IMG/VR virus record: IMGVR_UViG_3300047272_000250
Location: 32,001 to 96,000 of that record
Strand: one strand, 5' to 3'
Origin: a virus
Taxonomy: Duplodnaviria; Caudoviricetes
Length of the DNA: 64,000 bases
Position 1 is the stretch's first letter. Every line of letters starts with the position of its first letter. The notes beneath the pieces are model-generated. The model was not told the DNA's origin. It saw only the letters and a program-made list of their open reading frames with translations, and did not search any database. Positions 10,710 through 20,506 of this stretch are shown here, one piece after another. Position numbers and translations under genes: made by a program.

Positions 10710-11237
10710 TTACGCAAATCTCCCCTCCGTATTTAAATCTCTAGAATAGGAATACATAATTGCTATGTCTGCCTCTAGTCTCCCGTCCAGCTCCTCGGCT
10801 GGATTTGGGGAATTTGCCTCTGTTAGGGCAAAATAATGATACCTAAATGGACTATTGGTATTTAGGGTTTTAACGTACTTATTTAAGTCCTTAGCGCTTG
10901 CATCAAATCTTCTAAATAGGTCAACCATCAAATTAGTGATAGTCAAAACCTTTGAGAAGGAGTTTGAGTAAATTTTAAATGTTAATCTTTCTTCGCAGAT
11001 CATCCAGTCTGTTCCATATCCAACAGTATCTAGGTCATAGACAATATATGGAAGTGGGTTTTCTCTATTTAGAACAAACTTGGTCTTGAAGATATCCTGC
11101 TCTTGAGTAGGCATAATTGGGACATATTGGACATTTCCATCTCTATAATCAGAAGCAAGCATAATGCCTTTATCCTGTAATTCCTGCCAAAGCATCTTTC
11201 TAATTTCGTATACTGCACCTAATGCGTAATCAGCCAT
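10710..11237 (-). CDS. Tail terminator / tail completion protein
   Basis: LPYIVY motif; immediately upstream of the major tail gene. Confidence 0.65.
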   Translation of the reverse strand: MADYALGAVYEIRKMLWQELQDKGIMLASDYRDGNVQYVPIMPTQEQDIFKTKFVLNRENPLPYIVYDLDTVGYGTDWMICEERLTFKIYSNSFSKVLTITNLMVDLFRRFDASAKDLNKYVKTLNTNSPFRYHYFALTEANSPNPAEELDGRLEADIAIMYSYSRDLNTEGRFA

Positions 11238-11979
11238 TTATTTCTCCGTCCGCTTTGTACATTCTTGTGACTTGGTTAATATGTCTAGCAGAATTCCCCT
11301 TTGCCATCTTAATAAATGTTGATGGCGTAGATCCTGTTGCTACAGACGACGGCATGTCCATCCCTGAAGCCTTCTGTGCCAGCTCTAAGCGCTTTAGAAT
11401 GCCAGACTGTTCAATATCAGCAAGGAACCTTGCAGAGCTCTGAAACCTGCGTAGAGTCTTTGCGTAGGCACCCTTAACAAACTTTCCACCTGGGGATTTA
11501 ATAACTACACTTCTAGACTTAGGGATAAATACTGGGTCGCCACTCTTTGAGTAAAAGAATAAGGCGTTTGCATTCTTTGCCTTAATTGTTACTGGCTTAC
11601 CCTTTTCCATAATATCTGCCTTGAAGGTAAACTTATGTCGTCTCTTTGTTCCTGGAGTTAGAGGAACGAAAGTTCTTGATTGTCTAAAGTCTGAGCTAAT
11701 TGCAATGACTCCTGGTTTATATGTAGATTCTATCTTCCATAGTCTTCCAGTTGGCTTACCTATCTGATTCCACTCATAAACATGGTGCATTGATGCTGGG
11801 CTAAGTCTAGCCTCTTGGTCTATAAAAGAAGATAAGGATCTCTTGGCAATGCTAGCAAAAGCCTTGCCTATTTCAGTATTTACCATTGCATCTTTGGGTG
11901 CTTCTGCTACACCCTGCATATATGCCATAGAGTTATTGATTGCCTGTATTGCATTAGTCTTAATCTTAATTGAGGGCAT
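11230..11979 (-). CDS. Neck / tail-completion virion protein
   Basis: Likely start is MPSIKIKT at 11979 (the track start at 12114 overlaps the previous gene by 150 nt); synteny. Confidence 0.55.
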   Translation of the reverse strand: MPSIKIKTNAIQAINNSMAYMQGVAEAPKDAMVNTEIGKAFASIAKRSLSSFIDQEARLSPASMHHVYEWNQIGKPTGRLWKIESTYKPGVIAISSDFRQSRTFVPLTPGTKRRHKFTFKADIMEKGKPVTIKAKNANALFFYSKSGDPVFIPKSRSVVIKSPGGKFVKGAYAKTLRRFQSSARFLADIEQSGILKRLELAQKASGMDMPSSVATGSTPSTFIKMAKGNSARHINQVTRMYKADGEING

Positions 11980-12397
11980 TTTGTATATCGCTCCTCTGAA
12001 TTGTTGTCTCATATTCAAGGATCTGACCAAACCCGTCGATGATTGGGGTTGATCCAACGATATCAAATATAGTTGCGGGATTGCCAGATATTTCTGCCTC
12101 TTCCCATAGAACAAGTCCGTTTAGATCACGGATATTGCTAATCTTAGAATTGCGTGGGAGCTTGACCAAAGTCATGACCTTTAGAATTTCTTCTACCATG
12201 TATCTTGAATCTACAGTCTTGTCATTAGACGGACTTCTAACTCCAGATGAAATAATTGATTTAGCTAAGCATGGAAGAGTTTCAGTGTATATCCACTTTC
12301 TCTTTATCTCTCCGCTATTAGGGTCTTGATCTATTTGAACTCTATACAAATCTAATTGCATAGCGTACTTGGCTTCAACTACATATGAGCCTATCAT
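11966..12397 (-). CDS. Head closure (stopper) protein
   Basis: 143 aa, beta-rich, follows the head-tail adaptor. Confidence 0.6.
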   Translation of the reverse strand: MIGSYVVEAKYAMQLDLYRVQIDQDPNSGEIKRKWIYTETLPCLAKSIISSGVRSPSNDKTVDSRYMVEEILKVMTLVKLPRNSKISNIRDLNGLVLWEEAEISGNPATIFDIVGSTPIIDGFGQILEYETTIQRSDIQNALN

Positions 12398-13326
12398 TAG
12401 ATTACCGCCATATTAGTAGACTTATACTCATCAAGGAGCTTATCTACGTAGAAATTACCTGTCCCTCTGAAAGCTAGCTTTGAGAATTGCATATCGGTAT
12501 CTCCAAATGAAACGCTGTTGACGTATCTGGCTCTCCAAATATTGTCCTTACCAAAATAATCTCTCATCAGCATAACTACAGCTGCCTGTACTTTTTCTGG
12601 TACGCTCTTGTATCCAAATACGCCTGTGACGTCATATCTATAGCCGCCATAGAAACTTCCAGTAGAAGGATATACGATATCTTTCTTTCCGCCCTCATTG
12701 ATGTCGTCATCAGAGATGATTCTAAGAGAATGGTTTGTATCTGTAATTTCTACAGCATGACTAAATAGATTAATATTGTTTGTCTTATCAATAACTACTT
12801 TATTGTTTTCCTTGATTACTGTGTAGGAGATTATTCTTTCTCCTAAGAAAAGAACATCTGCATCCTGCCCATAAGCTGATACAACTCTTTCCTTCTTACC
12901 AAAGTCTACGCCTGTGTAGTTCTGAACCATAAATCTAGCAAACTTTTCAGCATCTGCCACTTCATGGAACTTCATGTAGTTGGCTTCGCCTTCATTACGA
13001 CCTATGTGAAGCTTGGTGTAAACTTCAGCCAGGGATATATACGGAGTCACAACATTGTAGTAGTTAATGCTGCTCATAGCATTTCCGTCTACAGCATATG
13101 TCCATACAGCCTTAATCAACTTATCTGTCAATAGGTGATTATCTATAATACGGAATGCGTACTTTCCTTCATCGTTATCCTCTGGAAGAGCATAACCACT
13201 TGTTAGTAGAACGTCTGTATCGCCATCGTAAATAGTAACTGTAGGATTTACGTCTGCCTCTCTGATCTCATCTTCAACGTATATGTCTAGATAGATATCT
13301 TGAGTCTGGCCTGTGTATAACTCCAT
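12397..13326 (-). CDS. Head-tail adaptor/connector with N-terminal Ig-like domain
   Basis: YISLAEV...ARFMVQNYTG...GYKSVPEKVQAAVVML...VDKLLDEY is the adaptor signature. Confidence 0.75.
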   Translation of the reverse strand: MELYTGQTQDIYLDIYVEDEIREADVNPTVTIYDGDTDVLLTSGYALPEDNDEGKYAFRIIDNHLLTDKLIKAVWTYAVDGNAMSSINYYNVVTPYISLAEVYTKLHIGRNEGEANYMKFHEVADAEKFARFMVQNYTGVDFGKKERVVSAYGQDADVLFLGERIISYTVIKENNKVVIDKTNNINLFSHAVEITDTNHSLRIISDDDINEGGKKDIVYPSTGSFYGGYRYDVTGVFGYKSVPEKVQAAVVMLMRDYFGKDNIWRARYVNSVSFGDTDMQFSKLAFRGTGNFYVDKLLDEYKSTNMAVI

Positions 13327-13334
13327 TTATGCTC

Positions 13335-13727
13335 TTAGGAGTAGAACTCCTGAGCCTCCTTCGGCGTAGCAAGGCGGAAGCCCTGTTGAGTATCAAAAAT
13401 CTCTTGTGCCTTCTTCTCGGTCATCACAATAAATGGATTATCCTGAGTAAAAGTAAATTCATTAACATCGTATCTAGGGTTCATTCTTTCCATCTTTACG
13501 AGGACCTGGCCCACCCCTGGAGTCTCTGGAGCTGACTTTGTAACACGCTCATCGACTTCTACTTCAGCCTTATCAGCCTCTGTAAACTTAGCATACATAT
13601 CGTAGCTAACGCCCTCTTCGGCTAGAAGGGCGATTAAATCTGCTTTATTCTTCGCTGTTTCGTGCTCTACGGCAAAGGTTTCAGCTACCTTACGAAGCTC
13701 GTCGAGCTTCAAATTACTAAAAGACAT
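13335..13727 (-). CDS. Hypothetical protein with Rho-N/HeH-like N-terminal domain
   Basis: LKLDELRKVA...KNKADLIALL helix-extension-helix pattern. Confidence 0.55.
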   Translation of the reverse strand: MSFSNLKLDELRKVAETFAVEHETAKNKADLIALLAEEGVSYDMYAKFTEADKAEVEVDERVTKSAPETPGVGQVLVKMERMNPRYDVNEFTFTQDNPFIVMTEKKAQEIFDTQQGFRLATPKEAQEFYS

Positions 13728-13774
13728 TATTTCTCCTCTCGTCTTTTCCTTCTAATTATAGCACCAATAATGAC

Positions 13775-13802
13775 TAAAGGGGAGCCCTTTCGGACCCCCC
13801 TA
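13775..13802 (-). terminator. Terminator after major capsid gene
   Basis: Imperfect GGGGGGTCC-GAAA-GGGCTCCCC stem followed by TTT on the minus strand. Confidence 0.6.
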
Positions 13803-13826
13803 TAGACTATTTAGTTGTGTTTGCTG

Positions 13827-14813
13827 TTATGCAGAAACCTTTACGTTCTTTACAACAACGAATGCCTCTGGATTCTCGATTGCACAACCTGTTCTTACGA
13901 ACATTGTGTATTCGATTGTATCCTTCTTTGGCTTGAATTCACGGTAGACCTGAATCTCACGCTTTACACCAACAACTAGGTTGTTAGCGAATGTAAGATG
14001 GATGTCACCATGATCTCCTGTAGCACCTGAGTAATCGCCGTCCTTTGTCTCATCGATCAAAGGTACTTCAACTACTGGAATACCGAATGCGAATGGAATT
14101 ACGCCTCCTGGAGCACCTGCTGGACCATTTGGGTTACCACGGAGAATTGAAGACGCAATGTCTTCAGGAGTTCCGCCGTTACCGATTGTAGTCAAGTTGT
14201 ATAGGTAGTCCTGTACCAAGTTAGAACCTGTAAAGAACTTAAGTTCATTACGGCGCTGCTTGTACTTACGTGGCATAGCCTTAATTGCACTGTTGAAAAC
14301 TGCCTTAGAGATTACTGCACCGCCTGCGTTTACAACGTTTGCTGACTCAAGTGCTAGTGCACGGAATCCCTTAAACGCTGACATCAAACCAGAACCTGTT
14401 CCAACACCGTTGATCAAAAGATCTTCGATATCGTTACCAGCCTGAGTTGCCATTAGGCGAGCAATGTGATCTTCAAGATCAGTTCCCTCGATGTTATCTT
14501 CAAGAGCTTCGCTTGAAAGTTCCCAGTCAAGACGGAGCTTCTTTGTTGTCAAAGAAATCTTTGTGAATGTGACTGCTGCATTAGCACCTGTTTGGGTTGC
14601 TTCTGTAGCTACTGTCATCAATCGTGTACCAACGCCAACCTTATCAATGTCTGCTGTGTTAGAACGCATGCGAACTGTACGAGCTGCACGGGCAAGGATG
14701 GTAGCATCGAACATGTAATCGATGAATCGGTTAGCCTGGTCTGTGTTAAGAAGACCACCATTTCCTGATCCAACGTTTGTAGTGTCTACTACTTTTTGTA
14801 GAATATCGCTCAT
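13827..14813 (-). CDS. Major capsid protein (HK97 fold)
   Basis: GGLLNTDQANRFID...ISLTTKKLRLDWELSSEALEDNIEG...LLING...FGIPVVEVP; follows the protease. Confidence 0.92.
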   Translation of the reverse strand: MSDILQKVVDTTNVGSGNGGLLNTDQANRFIDYMFDATILARAARTVRMRSNTADIDKVGVGTRLMTVATEATQTGANAAVTFTKISLTTKKLRLDWELSSEALEDNIEGTDLEDHIARLMATQAGNDIEDLLINGVGTGSGLMSAFKGFRALALESANVVNAGGAVISKAVFNSAIKAMPRKYKQRRNELKFFTGSNLVQDYLYNLTTIGNGGTPEDIASSILRGNPNGPAGAPGGVIPFAFGIPVVEVPLIDETKDGDYSGATGDHGDIHLTFANNLVVGVKREIQVYREFKPKKDTIEYTMFVRTGCAIENPEAFVVVKNVKVSA

Positions 14814-14846
14814 TTTATTTATTTCACCTCTTTCCTTTTTCTAGAA

Positions 14847-16169
14847 TTAGTAAATGTCACGGACGCTGAGGAAATGCCCGCCCCACTTATTGTTATTTTT
14901 TGTTATTTTAACATCTGACCCGTCCAGATCAGAAGACTTTTTGATTGCTGTTTCGCTCTCAACACCATCTACACGCTTCTCAACTGATGAGATATGTGCC
15001 TTGATATTATTAACGACCTCTGCGAGTTCGTTGTACTTTGTTGTAACTTCTGCAATCTTTGCATCAACCTGAGTAGTAAGATTAGATACTGCCTCCGCTG
15101 TTGCTGTTTTTGTAATTTCCGCTGAGAAGAATGCCTTCATGTCATCAAACATCTTTGCAAAATCAGTTTCTTCAACTTCTACTTCCGCTACTGGTGCGCT
15201 TGCTTCTTCAGCTGGCGCAGCTGCTTCTTCTGTAGGTGTTGCTTCCTCCGCTGGTGCTGCTGGTGCTTCCTCAGCATCTGCAGACTTTGTGAGTTCAGCT
15301 TCAGTTACCTCTTCGACGTTAGCTACTGCTTCTGCCGTTACTTCGTCCTGTGTTATTGTTGCTTCTGCCACAGTAACACCTCCTTCGGTATTTGAATTAT
15401 TTTGCTCAGACTTTTCGACAGTCTCAGACAAAACACCTCTCGATTGCTTGTATGCATCAAGAATTCTGTTGATTTCGTTTGACTTATTTGTGTCAGATGT
15501 TTCTACCCAACCAATGTTCTCAAGAACTCTGTCTGTTGTTGGTGACTTAAATTCTGATTCCTTAGAAAGGAAAACTTCATCTGAAGTTGAATCATAAAAA
15601 ATGTTTTCTACTTGTACATCTGCTGCAATACCAGAAAATGTATTTCCGTCTGCAGTCTTCTGAATTGAAAAAATATTTGAAAGCTGATTTGCTGGATTGT
15701 CTACTAGTGAAAGTTCTGTAAGATCGTATTCCTTGATAACACGAATTGACTTATCCATCTCAGAGTTAAATTCATTATCGGTCTTCTTTACATTCCCGCC
15801 GATTGAGAATCCTGAAAGAGTTCCATCAAGAACTTTCTCCCATGTATCTTGTGCGCCCTTTGAAACATATACGTCTACGAATATTCCGTTGTGCTCCTTG
15901 CCAGTCTTTTTATCGAAGAATGTTTCCTTGCGGAATGAAACCATCTTGCCTACTGCAAGTGGTGTGTGCATTTCACGGATGTTTCCACGGAAGTTTTCAA
16001 ATGCTTTTGTTGACGCATCTGCGGCGACGATATCACCGTGCTGATCAATATTATCTAGGGTAGCAAAGCCAGAAACGAGTCTACGTTCTTTGTCGACTTT
16101 AGCGATAGGCATTGACAGTCTGAGACTATCCCCATCACTGTACCAATTTGATTTGATTATTTCAGTCAT
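14847..16169 (-). CDS. Prohead protease fused to scaffold domain
   Basis: VSGFATLDNIDQHGD, IREMH, GFSIGG and ELSLVDNPAN protease motifs; acidic coiled-coil C-terminal half. Confidence 0.9.
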   Translation of the reverse strand: MTEIIKSNWYSDGDSLRLSMPIAKVDKERRLVSGFATLDNIDQHGDIVAADASTKAFENFRGNIREMHTPLAVGKMVSFRKETFFDKKTGKEHNGIFVDVYVSKGAQDTWEKVLDGTLSGFSIGGNVKKTDNEFNSEMDKSIRVIKEYDLTELSLVDNPANQLSNIFSIQKTADGNTFSGIAADVQVENIFYDSTSDEVFLSKESEFKSPTTDRVLENIGWVETSDTNKSNEINRILDAYKQSRGVLSETVEKSEQNNSNTEGGVTVAEATITQDEVTAEAVANVEEVTEAELTKSADAEEAPAAPAEEATPTEEAAAPAEEASAPVAEVEVEETDFAKMFDDMKAFFSAEITKTATAEAVSNLTTQVDAKIAEVTTKYNELAEVVNNIKAHISSVEKRVDGVESETAIKKSSDLDGSDVKITKNNNKWGGHFLSVRDIY

Positions 16170-16207
16170 AAGCTTATTTTAGCAACGTTTTTGTATAAAT
16201 ACCAAAA

Positions 16208-17785
16208 TCAGGGCGTAACACGCCCTTCTCCTTGTGGATTTCTAGCATTTCCTGGTGTATCAACTTGATTACCTTGTCTTTCTTGATCACGTCGTCTGTT
16301 ACCAGTTGCTTGTGCTGTTGCTTCTGAAGCTTGCTGTCCAGTAAGCTGAACTGGCTCATCCCCACCAGATCTGCCAGCCATACCTAGTCTAGCACGAACT
16401 TCATTAGGAACAATGACCTTCATTCTCAAATATCTTTCATCGATCTTTGACTGAGTGTCTTCATCTGTTAATGTTAATTCGTTGAACTTAAGTGTGAATG
16501 CATCTGTAAACTCTGCGATGATTCTATTGATCTTCTTTTCAAGATTCTTTTGTTCTGGTCTTGCAACCTGCTCCTTGAATGTCTTGTCTGCATCTTTAGC
16601 TGCTGCAAGAGAGACGCCTTCTGGAAGTCCCAGCTTTGAAATTGGAACTCTATGTGAAATAAGAATTTCATCTCTGTTCATTCTACGGTATTGATTAAAT
16701 GATGAGTCTTGAACTCCTGATTCAACCGCTTCCATTTTGAACTCTACCTTATTACCATCTTCATCTGCAGGAAGTGGAATATAAAGTGATCTATGATTCT
16801 TACCCTTAAGATTTGTCTGGAAGAATTCAAGCAACTTAGCTTCTGATGAACGGCTAAGTGTTGCACCCTTTACAGTAATGATATATCTTGGAACCGCTTT
16901 GTTTTCAAAGTAGTCAAGGTTAAAGCGCTGTGCAAATTCATCTCCAGCTAATGCTGTCTTTGCTGGGATAATGTCTGGTACGCCATAATAGCTATTATTT
17001 GGTGTGTACTTCTTTAGGTGAATAACTTCGTTTGGACGTGGATCATCTCCGATTGGATTTTCTGTTTCTGTGTCCTGGAAGTTTCTAAAGAATGTGATTC
17101 TATTTCCAACGATTTGAACAAAGCCATCACGCTGCTTACGTACACGCATTGTAGTAGCAGGGATATGTCCAATAAATCCTATCTGTCCGTTTACCTTACG
17201 GCCAATTTCAATAAAGCCATTTCCTGTTGCCTCACGGTCTAGGAATGCTTTTGTTAATGTCTCTGTGAATGTGTCTTCTTCATTCATCAATTCTAGTTGA
17301 TCCTGAAGTTCTTCCTTCAGGCTTTCTAGTCTTCTTCTAAATGCAGCAAGCTTCTTCTGATCATCTCCGTATTCAGACATCTTCTCTTTTGTCTTACGTG
17401 TCTCAAGGAATTCATATCCGAGACCGACGATGTTTGAAGCCTTTGCATTACATGCAGCGAAGTGTGGTGAAGATACTTCGTAAATCTTTGCTAGGTAGTC
17501 TAGATTGTATGGAGGGGTAACAACATCCATGATGTCGTATCCCATAAGGATTTCTGTCTCGACCTTCTTTGATTCTGCACCGTCTTGTCCTCTTTGGAAC
17601 TTCTGGAGAAGTCTTGTATTCTTTCTCTTGAAGTTTGGAGAGAAGCCACGATACTTAGCAATGTCTTCTGCCTTTGCATCAAATGGATCTGCGCTAGATT
17701 CTGTTTCTGATACTCCAAAGAATTCGCCAGATATTCTAGCGTGAATTTCTCTTGTGTTATCTTCGTCGTTAACTACGTCTGACAT
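16208..17785 (-). CDS. Portal protein
   Basis: TGNGFIEI, NEVIHLK, YYGVP, YFENKAVP, ISHRVP and NEVRARLG portal motifs. Confidence 0.93.
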   Translation of the reverse strand: MSDVVNDEDNTREIHARISGEFFGVSETESSADPFDAKAEDIAKYRGFSPNFKRKNTRLLQKFQRGQDGAESKKVETEILMGYDIMDVVTPPYNLDYLAKIYEVSSPHFAACNAKASNIVGLGYEFLETRKTKEKMSEYGDDQKKLAAFRRRLESLKEELQDQLELMNEEDTFTETLTKAFLDREATGNGFIEIGRKVNGQIGFIGHIPATTMRVRKQRDGFVQIVGNRITFFRNFQDTETENPIGDDPRPNEVIHLKKYTPNNSYYGVPDIIPAKTALAGDEFAQRFNLDYFENKAVPRYIITVKGATLSRSSEAKLLEFFQTNLKGKNHRSLYIPLPADEDGNKVEFKMEAVESGVQDSSFNQYRRMNRDEILISHRVPISKLGLPEGVSLAAAKDADKTFKEQVARPEQKNLEKKINRIIAEFTDAFTLKFNELTLTDEDTQSKIDERYLRMKVIVPNEVRARLGMAGRSGGDEPVQLTGQQASEATAQATGNRRRDQERQGNQVDTPGNARNPQGEGRVTP

Positions 17786-18114
17786 TATTTAATCCCCGAA
17801 TTTCTTAGAGCCTCTTTGTATTCACCAATGTCCAATGGATCTGGTGTAAGTCCCCACTTAAGTCTTGCCTTCTGTTCTTCATATTCCTCGTCATTAATTT
17901 TTCTCTGACCAGAAAGAAATACTGCACTACCAGTTTCAATTCCGAAACCTTTGACAACCTCTGTGATTGCATCTACCTTAGTCTTGTCGCCTTTAAATGC
18001 AGCCACTGACAAATAGTTACCCTGGTCGTCTCCCACCCAGCGTCCGTCTGGCATCTGCCAGATATACACGCCTAGCGTGGTCTCTTCTAGAACTGATGTT
18101 TTAATTGATTTCAT
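17785..18114 (-). CDS. Conserved hypothetical protein upstream of portal
   Basis: 109 aa, translationally coupled to the portal; extended -10 just upstream, so likely leaderless. Confidence 0.7.
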   Translation of the reverse strand: MKSIKTSVLEETTLGVYIWQMPDGRWVGDDQGNYLSVAAFKGDKTKVDAITEVVKGFGIETGSAVFLSGQRKINDEEYEEQKARLKWGLTPDPLDIGEYKEALRNSGIK

Positions 18115-18174
18115 ATAGCAATGATACCATCTTTTATGATAATATGCCAGGATTTGTCACAAGTAAGTACAGAT

Positions 18175-20463
18175 TTATGATCTTTGTAGGGCATAGCGGT
18201 ATGGAATAAGACCATAATCGATAATCTCTAGCCCAATATTGTCCGTAACCAAGGACTCTTGTGGATATCCAGTAAATGATTCATACTCGTTCTCTACGTC
18301 ATACTGGTCTAATACATAGGCTGCCATAGCAAATACTCCAAGTGAAAGATCAGTTTGGTTTGCTCCCGTCGAATCTGACCCTACATAAATATCTGTTCCA
18401 GCGTTTATCTTTGAAGTAGAAGTTAGGACAACGTGGACCCAATCTCCAACCATAGCCTGATTGTCAAATATCTCTGAGCCATTTACGTACATCTTATTAA
18501 AGCCTGGGTGTTGCCAAGCTGAGCCATCCCAGTGCAAAGACTTCGATCCAGACTGAAGAATATACTTCGTTCCAGATAGAGCCTCGTTAATTTTAAATAC
18601 AATAGTTATAGATTTGGTTCCATTAAATCCACCAGCATCTTGGTTTTTAGATTGAGACGGGATTGTGAGATAAGAATTACCAGCAAGTCTTATTCCAGCC
18701 TGATCTATTCTGTCTAAGATTTCTACATCGTCATCAAATATGACAGCATTATCCTTATTGTGAATAGTGGCTACTTCATGAGAGTTCTCTGAAATAACCC
18801 GCTTCATATCTTCACCGTAAACATAAAGTCCTAGGTTCTTCAACTTAGGAAGATCATTAACTGAATCATCTGTACTTAGCTTAATATTGATATTATAAGT
18901 ATTAACCTGATTTGTTGGATCATCTAAAAGTCCTGGCATAGAAGCAAACTTTGGCCAAGCCTGTCCGTTATTATATGTGACATAAATATTATCTGAGCTT
19001 GCTGTATAGAAAGCAAGAGATCCATCATAGTCATAGCTAGGAACGTATATAAGGCCTTCTGAGTACCCATACTGTGACCACTTAAGGTTTCCTGCCAACT
19101 TCAGTATAAAGTCGCTCTCAAGGCCGTATAGGGTTGCTGTTGGTGTGCTTTCTAGCTGTGTGCCAGACTTAATTGCAACCCATGAAAAATTAGTAGCTGA
19201 ATAAATACTATTTACTCTACCAATATATGCTAAAGTAATTGAAGATAGATATGCAACCTCAGAATGAATATTAGATCCATTTAAGTAAATATTAATTGAC
19301 CCTGACTTTAGATTAACAAGAACTTCATTCCATCCAGATATTGGAGATACTGTTGTTACTGTTTCTTGTCCATTGATTCCTATTACTAAGAATCCCGCCG
19401 TATTTGAATAAACATATAGGCTTTGGGCAGAGTTTGAATTCTCTAAAGATAGGATTGCATATTCTCCAGATTGCTTGTAGAAGCTTGTGGCTATTGCAAC
19501 TCCAGTATCTGCTAGCTGGACTATGCTGGATACGTCAAGGTACTGTGATCCAGATAGGGCCAGGGAGTTTCTTGAGCCCACTGTTGAAAATGACGGGGTG
19601 CCAGAAGATACCTTCTGATCATCGATATATCTAAGGGTAAGCTCATTCTTATCTGTAAATACAGAGTTAGTAAATTTGAATGACTGCCAGTTATTTAAGA
19701 ATGAGTAGGCAAGTACGCACTCATTATTATTAGGCATATAGTAGACCTGTGAGTTTGCTGTAAAGTAGTTACCTTTATTTAGGGACTTTCTAGAAAGATC
19801 TGAATGGTCAATAGCACGGGACTTATCAATGTTGTATCCATAGATAGCTACAGAGTCTATTGTTATATCATAGACATTTGATCCCGCCGTTTTAATTTTA
19901 TTTGAAGTCTGGCTAAACGAGAACTCTCCATTAATTGAAGATGAGTACTTAGATGAGATATTCTTTCCATTTACAGTCAAGGAGATCTGGCTAGACGAGT
20001 AATTAGCAATTACATGATATCTGCGCTTCCAGTCAGGAACTTCATAGGAAACAAAATAGTCAGTATTTGGCTCTGGCTTAAAGTAGATCTTGTTGCCAGA
20101 TACATAAATTCCATACTTATTACTAGCAATGTTTCCTAGAATAATTAGATCTTCTGATAAAGATGTGTCATTTGTCTCTAGTTTAAAGTATGCTTCAAGG
20201 GAGAATGCTTTTTGTTCCCGCCCCTTAGTCCAAATTCCAGGGGATCCTGGGAGAGTGTATTCAATGACTGCAGTAGAGTCTGTAAGTCTTGTTCCGTAAA
20301 TTCCATTTGAGACTAGCGGGATAGCCTTATCAAAAATTGCACCTGAGTATGTGGCGTCTACGCCATAGCCTGTTGCCTCCGCCGCTATTCCTAAAGATGC
20401 ATTATCGTCTAATGGCCAGTAAGAGAGCGGGCTTTGAGACATTATTATCTCTCTATATCCCAC
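18175..20463 (-). CDS. LamG/concanavalin-A-like multi-domain virion protein
   Basis: PLSYWPLDD, FSLEAYFK, YHVIANY, IDSVAIY and WVHVVLT LamG motifs; GTG start with GGAG RBS. Confidence 0.75.
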   Translation of the reverse strand: MGYREIIMSQSPLSYWPLDDNASLGIAAEATGYGVDATYSGAIFDKAIPLVSNGIYGTRLTDSTAVIEYTLPGSPGIWTKGREQKAFSLEAYFKLETNDTSLSEDLIILGNIASNKYGIYVSGNKIYFKPEPNTDYFVSYEVPDWKRRYHVIANYSSSQISLTVNGKNISSKYSSSINGEFSFSQTSNKIKTAGSNVYDITIDSVAIYGYNIDKSRAIDHSDLSRKSLNKGNYFTANSQVYYMPNNNECVLAYSFLNNWQSFKFTNSVFTDKNELTLRYIDDQKVSSGTPSFSTVGSRNSLALSGSQYLDVSSIVQLADTGVAIATSFYKQSGEYAILSLENSNSAQSLYVYSNTAGFLVIGINGQETVTTVSPISGWNEVLVNLKSGSINIYLNGSNIHSEVAYLSSITLAYIGRVNSIYSATNFSWVAIKSGTQLESTPTATLYGLESDFILKLAGNLKWSQYGYSEGLIYVPSYDYDGSLAFYTASSDNIYVTYNNGQAWPKFASMPGLLDDPTNQVNTYNINIKLSTDDSVNDLPKLKNLGLYVYGEDMKRVISENSHEVATIHNKDNAVIFDDDVEILDRIDQAGIRLAGNSYLTIPSQSKNQDAGGFNGTKSITIVFKINEALSGTKYILQSGSKSLHWDGSAWQHPGFNKMYVNGSEIFDNQAMVGDWVHVVLTSTSKINAGTDIYVGSDSTGANQTDLSLGVFAMAAYVLDQYDVENEYESFTGYPQESLVTDNIGLEIIDYGLIPYRYALQRS

Positions 20464-20506
20464 GATACTCCTTTATTTATAGTATACCAATTATAAGTGC
20501 TGAAGG

